Notes under the pieces: model-generated
What the model saw: only the letters and a program-made list of their open reading frames with translations
Database searches by the model: none
Told to the model about the DNA's origin: nothing
Translations under genes and position numbers: made by a program
Shown: piece by piece, positions 7,994 through 16,774 of the stretch
Layout of the letters: the number at the start of each line of letters is the position of its first letter
Position numbering within the stretch: position 1 is the first letter of the stretch
Assembly: GCA_034190465.1 (NCBI GenBank)
Contig: JAXINV010000024.1
Span: 4,670-34,096, forward strand
Direction: 5' to 3'
Source: Candidatus Asbonarchaeum danakilense
Lineage (GTDB): Archaea; Nanohalarchaeota; Nanosalinia; Nanosalinales; Nanoanaerosalinaceae
Length of the DNA stretch: 29,427 nucleotides

Positions 7994-8479
7994 TCACTCC
8001 GCCTCGATCCGCTGCCCTCCCGCTACCTCCACGACGTGGAGCTCGATAGCATCACGGAACTCCGCAGCATCCTGCCCCCAGAGCTCGAGCACAGCCTCGT
8101 CCGAGATCGATCCATTGTAACTGAGCATCACCCAGCGTGCGTCCGGGTACCTGCAGGAACCCATGCGGAACTCCTCCGGACACGGTACCGACGGCACGAC
8201 CCCCTGGCTCACGTTGCCACGGGCGACGACCCCGCCATCCCGGAGCAGAACAGTGAACGAACCGAACGGCACCGAGGAATCGTTGATCCCCGGCCTTCGC
8301 TCGACCAGGACGCTCACCTCCGTCGTGTTCCCCGTCTCACCGCGGACCTTCTGTATCTCGACGGGTCCGTCCATCGATCCGTACCTGGGCCCGGCATCGG
8401 TCCGCGATGAGTCATCCGCCGCACCGAGCAGCACCAGGCCGGCGATGACCACGACAGCGACGGCAGCAAGGTAGCGCAT
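7994..8479 (-). CDS. Membrane-anchored/secreted hypothetical protein
   Basis: MRYLAAVAVVVIAGLVLLGAA hydrophobic N-terminus; sequons NTT, NDS, NVS, NGS. Confidence 0.65.
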   Translation of the reverse strand: MRYLAAVAVVVIAGLVLLGAADDSSRTDAGPRYGSMDGPVEIQKVRGETGNTTEVSVLVERRPGINDSSVPFGSFTVLLRDGGVVARGNVSQGVVPSVPCPEEFRMGSCRYPDARWVMLSYNGSISDEAVLELWGQDAAEFRDAIELHVVEVAGGQRIEAE

Positions 8480-8539
8480 CACCGTCAAGAGCGCCGGGTG
8501 GAAAGAAAAAATTTTCGGTCGGCAAACCCGCCTGCCGGA

Positions 8540-9442
8540 TCATCCGTCGATGTACGGGCACAGCCGCGTGACCGTGGCGCCGTTGAACGTGATATCCACC
8601 GTGTTCTCCACACCGTCCAGCAGCGGCTCGATATCGACCGTGCGTCGCTGCATCCGCTCCAGCCGTACCTGCTGCTCCCGGCCATCCACCGTGATCGTCG
8701 CCGTGCCGCCCTTCTGGACCGCCAGAAGCTCAGCCGTGTAGCCGCCAGAACCCGCGCAGTGGAGCTGGGCGACGAACGTGACAGGCGGTGCCGCCCGGTC
8801 GACCTCACTCGTGTAGGACGAAACACGTATCCTCACCGTCTCCGTCGACGGCTCGTTGGGCGACGAAAGGTTCATCGCCGCCACGTAGCCCTGCGCCGTG
8901 TCGATGCACGTGTCCGCCACCAGCGTATCGTTCAGCTGGTTGACCCCGGTCGCGTTGGCGTCATAGAGGTCGCCGGTCGTGAACCGGAACCGGTAGCCCG
9001 CGCATTCGCGGCCCTGCACCGTGCGCATCCCGGTGAACGTCGCGTTCCCCGCCCTCGCCAGTGCTGCCGGGTCCGTGGCCAGCATCGGGAAGTAGATCTC
9101 GTACCTGGACCCGAACCGGCAGTCGGACGCGTTGACCGGGCTGTTCCCCGTCTCGCAGAAAAACGATATCCCACTCGGCCCGTGGCTGTACCGTGACAGC
9201 GTCACGGAGCGGTCGTAGAGCGAGATCGTGAGCTCCTTCCTGTGCCAGTCCCCCGCACTGAAGACGCGGAGCCCCAGCTCGTAGTTGCCGCCGCCACGGG
9301 AGACATCGTAGGTCAGCCGGTACTGGCCGTCACGCTCCACCAGCGTCTGCAGGTCGGGCGCCTGAACGTTACCCTGCGACGTGCAGCCTGCCGCGAGCGC
9401 GGCGAGCAGGAGCAGACCGGCGAGGGCGGATCGGCGGTGCAT
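8540..9442 (-). CDS. Lipoprotein, unknown function
   Basis: MHRRSALAGLLLLAALAAGC lipobox; beta-rich body with several Cys and sequons. RTVQGRECAGYRF...TCIDTAQGY is reminiscent of LolA-like beta-sheet proteins. Confidence 0.75.
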   Translation of the reverse strand: MHRRSALAGLLLLAALAAGCTSQGNVQAPDLQTLVERDGQYRLTYDVSRGGGNYELGLRVFSAGDWHRKELTISLYDRSVTLSRYSHGPSGISFFCETGNSPVNASDCRFGSRYEIYFPMLATDPAALARAGNATFTGMRTVQGRECAGYRFRFTTGDLYDANATGVNQLNDTLVADTCIDTAQGYVAAMNLSSPNEPSTETVRIRVSSYTSEVDRAAPPVTFVAQLHCAGSGGYTAELLAVQKGGTATITVDGREQQVRLERMQRRTVDIEPLLDGVENTVDITFNGATVTRLCPYIDG

Positions 9443-9496
9443 CGCTACAGAAAAATGTAGGGCGACCAGTTGATAAAAACTGGGGGGTTAGCGCAG

Positions 9497-10009
9497 TCAC
9501 AGCCTGTCGAGGCCCATCGCCTCCCAGTGCTCCTCCCTATCGTCCTCCGGGATGGCCGGGTAGTCGCGGCCGAGCTCGACCTCATCAAGCGGGTCGCGCT
9601 CCGTCACCTCGCCGACCCGTTCCAGCGTGTCGAGCACCGCTCCTATCGCGATGTAGGCGTCGTCGAGCGCGGCGTAGTACTCCTCCTCGCTCCTGTCGAC
9701 ATCCGGCATGGCGAACCCCCTGTCCGCGTCGTACTCGATCCCTTCCTCGCGCTCGCGGGGACCGACGTCGTACAGCACGGCCTCGCCGAAGCCGTCGTCA
9801 AAGCATCCCTCCGCCTCAGCGAGCTGTTCCGCGATATCCTGCTCGTACCGGGCCAGCTCCTCCCCGTCGGGCGCGACCTCGCCGTCCATCGCCTCGTCGA
9901 GGAGGTACGAGGCCTGTTCGACAGCTGCGACGTACTCCTTGGTCAGGTTCAGCGCCGCCTCTGCCCGGAGCCGTGCCGTCGCCGCGTCGTCCTCGTAGAG
10001 CGGTCGCAT
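9497..10009 (-). CDS. Acidic hypothetical protein
   Basis: 170-aa very acidic ORF, GAGG SD, TTTAAA upstream at ~10049-10054. Confidence 0.7.
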   Translation of the reverse strand: MRPLYEDDAATARLRAEAALNLTKEYVAAVEQASYLLDEAMDGEVAPDGEELARYEQDIAEQLAEAEGCFDDGFGEAVLYDVGPREREEGIEYDADRGFAMPDVDRSEEEYYAALDDAYIAIGAVLDTLERVGEVTERDPLDEVELGRDYPAIPEDDREEHWEAMGLDRL

Positions 10010-10108
10010 CGTTGTGATTCCTCAGTCATCACTTTTCGTCGTTTTCCGTTTAAAGGTTCGGGCGGAACCGTCACGTCATTTATAATCGTTGACCTCGACC
10101 CGCCACAC

Positions 10109-10546
10109 ATGCCCGAGTTCGCACATCTTCTCGGATGGGTCAGAAAGCAGCCGAACAACAGGACGACGGGCGCAACAACGTACGGCAACGTGGAGCTACC
10201 CCGCCAGGTCGACGGCGAAGAACTTGTCGAAGCGGCAGAGGAAGCCATGGAAGCGTTCGGCGACGAAAACGGCTACAGCACCGCGACACAGTACCGCCGG
10301 CAGCGGTACCTCCCCGAAGAGGGACGCGAGGTGCCCGAATCCACGCGGCTGGAGGCGCGGAACCGTGACGGGCTGCGGAAGCTGTCCGGCCAGTACCGGG
10401 AGGGCTTCTTCCTCGACATCGATCACGAGCGCACCTACGACCAGATCGGGATCGACAAGATCGGCGGCCTGGGCGAGGTCCCGGACACCGAGATCGACGA
10501 CTTCGTCGACGAGCTGTACGACCGGCTCGAGGCCAACGAACATTAA
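10109..10546 (+). CDS. Acidic hypothetical protein
   Basis: True start inferred at ATG 10109 (MPEFAHLLGW...), ~25 nt after TTTATAA (10079-10085). The upstream part of the 358-aa ORF is antisense shadow. Confidence 0.7.
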   Translation: MPEFAHLLGWVRKQPNNRTTGATTYGNVELPRQVDGEELVEAAEEAMEAFGDENGYSTATQYRRQRYLPEEGREVPESTRLEARNRDGLRKLSGQYREGFFLDIDHERTYDQIGIDKIGGLGEVPDTEIDDFVDELYDRLEANEH

Positions 10547-10609
10547 ACCTGCCTTACGCTCCGCCATAAAGCTTAACCGCACCGAACGAGAACTTCCACG
10601 GTACCACCC

Positions 10610-10813
10610 ATGACCCTCCTCCAGCGTGCCGCCGCAGCATACGAGAGCCTCAGCCTGCGGGTGCATGGCCTTGTTTCCGAGATGCTGCAGAGCCCGTTCC
10701 TCCCGCTGCTGACGAAACTCTCCCTCGAGTTCACCGCCCGACCCATCCTGGAGATGAACGGGAAACTGGCGGCCCGCGTCCGGTCCCGTCTCAGGGATAC
10801 TTCAGAGTTTTAA
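10610..10813 (+). CDS. Small hypothetical protein
   Basis: 67-aa ATG-started ORF filling the intergenic gap, GC3-rich codons. Confidence 0.45.
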   Translation: MTLLQRAAAAYESLSLRVHGLVSEMLQSPFLPLLTKLSLEFTARPILEMNGKLAARVRSRLRDTSEF

Positions 10814-10836
10814 ACGCGCAGCCCCCACGGTAGGGT

Positions 10837-11013
10837 ATGGCCACCGCAGCGGTCCTCATCCTCGTTGTCATCCTCGCCCTCGGGTTCGCCGGCACCTATC
10901 TTCTGCTCCGCCGATTCCGGCGACTGCGACGGGAGAAACGAAAGATTGACCGTAAGATCAACAAGATCGAAGAAGAGATCGCCGACCTCCCCGACGACCT
11001 GGAGGAAGACTGA
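10837..11013 (+). CDS. Small single-TM protein with coiled-coil tail (58 aa), first gene of ABC operon; absent from ORF track
   Basis: MATAAVLILVVILALGFAGTYLLLRRFRRLRREKRKIDRKINKIEEEIADLPDDLEED*. The stop overlaps the ABC ATG (TGATG). TTTTAAAC at 10808-10815. Confidence 0.75.
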   Translation: MATAAVLILVVILALGFAGTYLLLRRFRRLRREKRKIDRKINKIEEEIADLPDDLEED

Positions 11014-11708
11014 TGACAGCAGCGATCACGCTCGAGGACGTCACCAAGCACTACCAGATGGGTGAGAACACCGTCAGGGCGCTCCGCGGCGCCTCAGTGC
11101 AGATCGACAGCGGCGAGTTCATCGCCATCATGGGGCCGTCCGGCTCCGGGAAGTCCACCCTGATGAACATGATCGGGGCGCTGGACACGCCGACCGACGG
11201 CACGGTCGAGATTGAAGGCACGGACGTCTCCACCTACTCCGAGGACCAGCTGTCGCGGCTGCGACGGGAGAAGATCGGGTTCGTGTTCCAGCAGTTCAAC
11301 CTCATCCACTCCATGACCGCGATCGAGAACGTGATGCTGCCAATGACGTTCGCCGGGGTTCCCCGCAGCGAACGGAAGCAGCGCGGCCGGGAGATCCTGG
11401 AGAAAGTCGAGCTTGGTGACCGGCTGGACTTCGAGCCCAGCCAGCTGTCCGGCGGCCAGCAGCAGCGGGTCTCGATCGCCAGATCGCTCGCCAACGACCC
11501 CGACATCGTGCTCGCCGACGAGCCAACCGGCAACCTGGACACCGAGACCGGTGACAGGATCATGGAGCTGCTGGAGGAGCTGAACGACGAGGGCAAGACC
11601 ATCGTCATGGTCACGCACGACCCACATGACGCCGAGTTCGCCGAACGGATCGTCAGGATCAAGGACGGAAGGATCGAACCGCCTGAAGACGGAGATGATG
11701 CATCATGA
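11013..11708 (+). CDS. ABC transporter ATP-binding protein (LolD/MacB family)
   Basis: GPSGSGKST, GFVFQQFNL, LSGGQQQRV, LADEPTGNLD, VTHD motifs. Confidence 0.96.
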   Translation: MTAAITLEDVTKHYQMGENTVRALRGASVQIDSGEFIAIMGPSGSGKSTLMNMIGALDTPTDGTVEIEGTDVSTYSEDQLSRLRREKIGFVFQQFNLIHSMTAIENVMLPMTFAGVPRSERKQRGREILEKVELGDRLDFEPSQLSGGQQQRVSIARSLANDPDIVLADEPTGNLDTETGDRIMELLEELNDEGKTIVMVTHDPHDAEFAERIVRIKDGRIEPPEDGDDAS

Positions 11709-12892
11709 ACAAGCACACACTGCTCGCACTGTTACTCATCGCATGTGCCGGGTTCACAGCCGCGGCACAGGGACCGGCCACGAACATCGAGATAACAAAG
11801 ATCAGGACGCAGCCCGTCCCGCTCCAGACAGGTGAGTACGCCGACGTCTGGGTCAAGGTCCGGAACACCGGCAGCATCAGGGCCGACAACGTGACGGTCC
11901 GGTTCCTGGAGACGTTCCCGTTCGCCGCCGACCCCGACGAACAGACCCGCTGGAAGCTGGGCACGCTGATCCCCGGCGAGACCTACCACCTCCACCTGCA
12001 GGTCCGGGTGGACGAGAACGCTGTGCAGGGCACCAACGATCTCCGGTTCAGGTACCGGGTCGACGGCGGCACAGCACTGACAGCGGACGTGCCGCTTGAG
12101 GTCAGGACCGACGACGCAGCACTGGTCATCGAACAGATCGCGATGCCGGACAGGATGGCGCCCGGGACCGCACACTTCGTCAACCTGACGCTGCGGAACC
12201 TGGCGGACTCGTACCTGAAGAACATCGATGTCTCGCTGGGACTGGCCGACGTCCCGCTCGCAACGGCGGACACGACCCGGCAGCGGGTGCAGAAGCTGGC
12301 GCCCGGCGCCACGACCACCGTCAGCTTCCGGCTGGCCTCCGACATCCGGACGGAGAACGGGCTGTACAAGGTTCCGATCACGCTGGCCTACGAGGACGAG
12401 GCAGGCACCTCGTTCAGCGTCGAGCAGGAGACCGGTGTGCTGATCGGTGGCAGGCCGCGGCTCGAGGTCGGGATCAACGAGAACCAGCTCCAGACCGCGG
12501 GATCGACCGGCACAGTGACGCTCCGCCTCATCAACCGGGGAGACGGCCGGGCCAGCTACGTGAAGATGCGCGTCCACGGCACGGAAAGCACGGAGATCAT
12601 CTCGCCGGACACCGTCTACCTCGGCAACATGGACCCCGACGACTACCAGACCGCCGACTTCAAGGTCCACGTCGCAGGGGACGCGGAACGGCTCCGGCTG
12701 CCCGTGACCCTGACATACAAGGATGCCGACGGCGAGACAACCACGCAGAACGTCACGATAACCTCGGAGCTGTACAGCCAGGAGCAGCTGGCATCGTTCC
12801 GTTCCAGCAGCGGGGGCAGCGGGCTGCTGATCGGTGGTATCGTCGTCCTGCTGCTCGTCGGCGGCTACATCTACAGGAGACGCAGACACTGA
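11705..12892 (+). CDS. COG1361-type S-layer-domain protein associated with the ABC exporter
   Basis: Signal peptide, three Ig-like repeats (VRNTG, LRNLA, LINRG; LGTLIPGE / LAPGA / LGNMDPDD), C-terminal TM plus RRRR. Sits between ATPase and permease. Confidence 0.85.
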   Translation: MNKHTLLALLLIACAGFTAAAQGPATNIEITKIRTQPVPLQTGEYADVWVKVRNTGSIRADNVTVRFLETFPFAADPDEQTRWKLGTLIPGETYHLHLQVRVDENAVQGTNDLRFRYRVDGGTALTADVPLEVRTDDAALVIEQIAMPDRMAPGTAHFVNLTLRNLADSYLKNIDVSLGLADVPLATADTTRQRVQKLAPGATTTVSFRLASDIRTENGLYKVPITLAYEDEAGTSFSVEQETGVLIGGRPRLEVGINENQLQTAGSTGTVTLRLINRGDGRASYVKMRVHGTESTEIISPDTVYLGNMDPDDYQTADFKVHVAGDAERLRLPVTLTYKDADGETTTQNVTITSELYSQEQLASFRSSSGGSGLLIGGIVVLLLVGGYIYRRRRH

Positions 12893-14109
12893 TGTACCTG
12901 GACTTCCTCATCCTGTCGCTGAAGAACATCCTGCACCGGAAGCGCCGGTCCTGGCTGACGATCGTCGGGATCCTGATCGGGATCGCAGCAGTCGTCGCGC
13001 TGGTCTCGCTGGGGCAGGGACTGGAGAAGTCCGTCACACAGGAGTTCGAGCGTATCGGCTCCGACAAGATCTTCATCAACCCCGGTGGCAACCCGACCAG
13101 ATCCGGGCAGTTCAGCGGGACGGCGGCACAGCTCAGCGAGGATGACATGCGCGTCGTCGAGCGGACACGCGGTATCGCAGAAGCGGCAGGCGTCGTCATG
13201 TCCTCCGTCCGCATCCACTTCCAGGGCGACTCACAGTATGGCATGGTCATCGGCGCGCCGACAGGCGACCGGGAGTACGAGATCTTCAAGAACAGCTGGA
13301 CGATCGAGATCGCCGAGGGCCGCACCATACGGTCGACAGACCGGTCCAACGTCATGGTCGGCTCCCGGATGGCGGAGAATTTCTTCCAGGACAGCGTCAG
13401 CATCCGCAGCAAGCTCACCATGCTGGGCCAGGACTTCCGGGTCGTCGGAATCATGAAGCCGACAGGCGATCCCTCGGTCGACACGGCGGTCATCATGCCG
13501 ATCGAACGGGCACGGCAGCTGCTCGGCAAGGAGAACAGCTTCGACTGGATCTTCGCCAAGGTCCAGGAGGGCTTCACCCCGGCGCAGGCACAGGAGAACG
13601 TGAAGCAGAACCTGCGGCAGCATCGGAACGTCGACAGGGGCGAGGAGGACTTCACCGTCTCCACCCCGCAGGACCTGATCTCGTCGTTCCAGAACATCCT
13701 GGCGATCATCCAGTTCGTCGTGATCGGTATCGCGTCGATCTCACTGCTTGTCGGCGGTGTCGGCATCATGAACACGATGTACACCTCCGTCACGGAGCGG
13801 ACACGGGAGATCGGTGTGATGAAGGCGGTCGGCGCCACCCGGTACCACATCATGATCATCTTCCTGCTGGAATCCGGGATCATCGGGCTGATAGGAGGGC
13901 TGATCGGTGTCCTGCTCGGGCTCGGCCTGAGCTTCGGCGCCGCGCAGCTCGCTCAGGGCGCCACAGCGCTCTCTATCCGCATCTACCTCACCCCGGACCT
14001 CATCCTCGGGTCGCTGGGCTTCGCGTTCCTCGTCGGCACGGTTTCAGGCGTCCTCCCGGCCCGCAACGCCGCCAAGTTGGATCCGGCCGACGCGCTCAGG
14101 TACGAGTGA
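12892..14109 (+). CDS. ABC transporter permease (MacB/FtsX family)
   Basis: RSWLTIVGILIGIAAVVAL, IASISLLVGGVGIMNTMYTSVTERTREIGVMKAVGA, PARNAAKLDPADALRYE. Confidence 0.96.
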   Translation: MYLDFLILSLKNILHRKRRSWLTIVGILIGIAAVVALVSLGQGLEKSVTQEFERIGSDKIFINPGGNPTRSGQFSGTAAQLSEDDMRVVERTRGIAEAAGVVMSSVRIHFQGDSQYGMVIGAPTGDREYEIFKNSWTIEIAEGRTIRSTDRSNVMVGSRMAENFFQDSVSIRSKLTMLGQDFRVVGIMKPTGDPSVDTAVIMPIERARQLLGKENSFDWIFAKVQEGFTPAQAQENVKQNLRQHRNVDRGEEDFTVSTPQDLISSFQNILAIIQFVVIGIASISLLVGGVGIMNTMYTSVTERTREIGVMKAVGATRYHIMIIFLLESGIIGLIGGLIGVLLGLGLSFGAAQLAQGATALSIRIYLTPDLILGSLGFAFLVGTVSGVLPARNAAKLDPADALRYE

Positions 14110-14160
14110 ATGCGAACACCACCAAAAGATTTAAATATAGTAACTACTATTTAGTAACAC

Positions 14161-14766
14161 ATGTCTCTGGAGTTCGATGACGGACTAGCCTACCGGGACG
14201 GAGCACAACTGGCGACCGTCGTCTGGGTCCAGTACACCGGTGACGACCCCGATCTCAGCGATAGTTACCTTCTGATGAACCGCAACAAAGAGCTGGGGCA
14301 GGGACAGTGGGCAGGGCTCGGCGGGAAGATCGAAGACCAGGACTTCGACAGCAGCGACGAAAAACTATACACGAACGACGACATCAAGGAGGCAGCAGAG
14401 GAAAACGCCATCCGGGAAGCATATGAAGAGGCAAAAATCGGGGTTCAGAACACCGAACATATCGGCAAGGTCAAAAGATACACCCGGCCGGGCAGCGACC
14501 AGGAGAAGAGCTGGGAAATCCACCACTTCATAGCGGAGACCAACGACCTCCCTGATTCATACGAACATCGCGAAGGCGAACTCGACTGGTATAAGCCGGA
14601 CGAGATGGATGAACTCAACTTTGGGATGGCTCATGACGAGTTCATCGACAACGTCCGTGACAGAACGCCGTTCACAGCATGGATCGACGATCTGGAAGGA
14701 CCATACGGTGTAGCAAGCGATGAAGAAGGATACATGATCCAGAAATCAGACGAGAGAGTCCTTTAG
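14161..14766 (+). CDS. Nudix hydrolase (MutT/8-oxo-dGTPase-like)
   Basis: LLMNRNK..GQWAGLGGKIE...E-x7-REAYEEAKI and REGELDWY. AT-rich promoter (TTTAAATA at ~14130). Confidence 0.85.
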   Translation: MSLEFDDGLAYRDGAQLATVVWVQYTGDDPDLSDSYLLMNRNKELGQGQWAGLGGKIEDQDFDSSDEKLYTNDDIKEAAEENAIREAYEEAKIGVQNTEHIGKVKRYTRPGSDQEKSWEIHHFIAETNDLPDSYEHREGELDWYKPDEMDELNFGMAHDEFIDNVRDRTPFTAWIDDLEGPYGVASDEEGYMIQKSDERVL

Positions 14767-14832
14767 TGACAGACTCCGACCGTTCCTGCATCTGGACGAA
14801 CAACGCCAACGGAGAGAAAAAGAAATGACACA

Positions 14833-15720
14833 ATGAACAATCCAGCGGACATCTACCTGATCGGTGAGCAACACACCAACGAGGACCACGCCCAGGCGGA
14901 GGCGGAGATCATCCGCGACCTGGAGCCAGACGTCGTGCTGCGCGAGAGCTTCAACGACCAGGACTGGGACGAGGTCAGGCACAAGATCGAGACCATCGGC
15001 CAGACCTACACGATCGACGAGCTGCAGGACACGATGGAAGAAGAATACGGCGAAGGACGCGTTTTCGACAACGTCGACAAGTTGCTGGAGAAGAACAAGG
15101 GACGCACGGCGGACGGCGTCGTCCCGACCACCGAGAACAAGCTGTACAGCACGCCGTGGCCCGAGATGGATGCCACGACCGTCCGTTACATCGCCGAAGC
15201 GATCCAGGACCAGGCCAACGAGGAGACAGAGGAGTGGTACCGCTGGGCCGCGGAAGACACCGACGGCGACCCGTCGGACGACGACAGGATCGCCACGCTG
15301 CGGACAACGGCAGACACCTACCGGACGTTCCACGACGTGAAGACACGGCCCGGCTCCACCGCACTGCACAGGAGCATGCAGGCAGTCTACGAGCTCCGGG
15401 ACGAGGGCCAGGACGTCACCGCGGGCGGATGCGATATCGACAAGCAGTCATACTTCGGCGACATGGAAGGAGAAGACCTCAAAAAAGCGCTGACCGATGA
15501 TCATGTCATCGCGGAGCGGGAGACCGCGATGGCGGAACAGATGGCCTCCGAAGCGGACGGCAGCGACACGGTCGTCGGAATCATCGGCCGGTACCACGTC
15601 GACGGCGTCCGCGACCGGCTGGAAGCAGCGGGGTACAAGGTCGACGGCGGTGCGATGCCCGGGAACGGCGGCGGTCACGGCTACGAGGACAGGATGCGGT
15701 CGATGTACGGCGACGACTAG
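14833..15720 (+). CDS. TraB/GumN/ChaN (Tiki/EreA superfamily)-like protein
   Basis: IYLIGEQH...EPDVVLRE at the N-terminus and IAERETAMA...VVGIIGRYHVDG at the C-terminus. Confidence 0.65.
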   Translation: MNNPADIYLIGEQHTNEDHAQAEAEIIRDLEPDVVLRESFNDQDWDEVRHKIETIGQTYTIDELQDTMEEEYGEGRVFDNVDKLLEKNKGRTADGVVPTTENKLYSTPWPEMDATTVRYIAEAIQDQANEETEEWYRWAAEDTDGDPSDDDRIATLRTTADTYRTFHDVKTRPGSTALHRSMQAVYELRDEGQDVTAGGCDIDKQSYFGDMEGEDLKKALTDDHVIAERETAMAEQMASEADGSDTVVGIIGRYHVDGVRDRLEAAGYKVDGGAMPGNGGGHGYEDRMRSMYGDD

Positions 15721-15760
15721 TCAACCGCCGAGAAGCAGGACACCGAGCAAAGAGGTACAG

Positions 15761-16249
15761 CTACCGGACGTGCTGGACATCCGACCGCGTGTAGTCCTTA
15801 ATCTCACTCTCGTCGAACCAGATCAATACCTCTTCGCCCGCCTCCTCGAGATTGCCGGAAGCGTGGATGATGTTCTTGACCGCCTTGCCTGCCTCGTCGG
15901 CGTGCTCGAACGAGACATGCGCGAAGTCGCCGCGGATCGTCCCGGGCTGCGCCTCCCTTGGCGCGGTCTCGCCGACCAGCTTGCGGACGTTCTCCACAGC
16001 GTTGACGCCCTCGACGACCATCGCGATGACCGGTCCCTCCTGCATGAACTCCTTCAGGCTCTCATAGAAGTCCTTGCCGACGTGCTCCGAGTAGTGTTTC
16101 TGCAGGATCTCGTCGTCCGCCTGGACCATCTTCATCGCCGCCAGCCGCATGCCGGCGCGTTCGAACCGTTTGATGACATCGCCGACGATGCCACGCTGGA
16201 CAGCGTCCGGCTTGAGAGCTACGAACGTTCGTTCAAGATGTTCTGTCAA
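15761..16249 (-). CDS. ndk: Nucleoside-diphosphate kinase
   Basis: ERTFVALKPDAVQRG, HYSEH, PGTIRGDF, NIIHAS. Start inferred at TTG 16249, after an AGGTGA SD. Confidence 0.95.
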   Translation of the reverse strand: MTEHLERTFVALKPDAVQRGIVGDVIKRFERAGMRLAAMKMVQADDEILQKHYSEHVGKDFYESLKEFMQEGPVIAMVVEGVNAVENVRKLVGETAPREAQPGTIRGDFAHVSFEHADEAGKAVKNIIHASGNLEEAGEEVLIWFDESEIKDYTRSDVQHVR

Positions 16250-16254
16250 TGTTC

Positions 16255-16677
16255 TCACCTGATAGTATCCCATTTCGAGACAGGAGGCGTCGTCTGATCG
16301 CAGCTGAGAAGCGTGATACGCTCGTCCTGCTTCGCCCACTGACGGCAGGTCTTGTTCCTGTACGTCGCCTGTGACGCCCACTCCGTGCCCGAGTAGTTCC
16401 CCTGGCTGCAGTAGTTGTACGCCAGCGCGCCGCACTCCGCCTCGACCCGGCGGTAGTCGTCCGCCGTGCTGATCGGTTGGCACTGCGTAGAACGCTGTTC
16501 GACGCCGAGACAGACGCCTGAAACCTCCGCACCTGCGCAGTACAGCTCCGTGTCACAGTACCCGAAGCTTAACGCATCCTCCTGTGAGAGCGTCACGTTG
16601 TGGAGGCCTGCGACGAGAAGGATGACCGCCACGGTCAGGCCCAGATATTTCCAGTCCCTGTCGAGTTCGATGTCCAT
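16255..16677 (-). CDS. Membrane-anchored Cys-rich protein (8 Cys)
   Basis: TM YLGLTVAVILLVAGL followed by an 8-Cys extracellular domain. Start ambiguous (16689 or 16677). Directly upstream of ndk. Confidence 0.7.
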   Translation of the reverse strand: MDIELDRDWKYLGLTVAVILLVAGLHNVTLSQEDALSFGYCDTELYCAGAEVSGVCLGVEQRSTQCQPISTADDYRRVEAECGALAYNYCSQGNYSGTEWASQATYRNKTCRQWAKQDERITLLSCDQTTPPVSKWDTIR

Positions 16678-16774
16678 CGTGTCCAGCATCGCGAGCAACT
16701 TTTAATAATGTGTCCGGCAGCCCGCGCGGCAAGTAATTTAATACTTGACGCCGCATCTGTGAGCGGTTCTGGCA

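Noticed and set aside
9470..10108. N-terminal 213 aa of the 358-aa ORF
   Set aside because: Antisense shadow of 9497-10009(-). The promoter and composition point to a start at 10109.
6153..11000. Integrated element downstream of tRNA-Asn
   Set aside because: The region is orphan-rich, but I saw no duplicate of the tRNA-Asn 3' end, no integrase and no viral hallmark genes.
11732..13883. Long antisense ORFs (385 aa, 376 aa) and similar ones opposite herA, truD and the protease
   Set aside because: Typical stop-poor shadows of GC3-rich genes, with no recognisable motifs.
16250..16483. N-terminal extension of ndk in the ORF track
   Set aside because: It overlaps the upstream Cys-rich gene in another frame. 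The SD plus TTG at 16249 gives a normal-length NDK.
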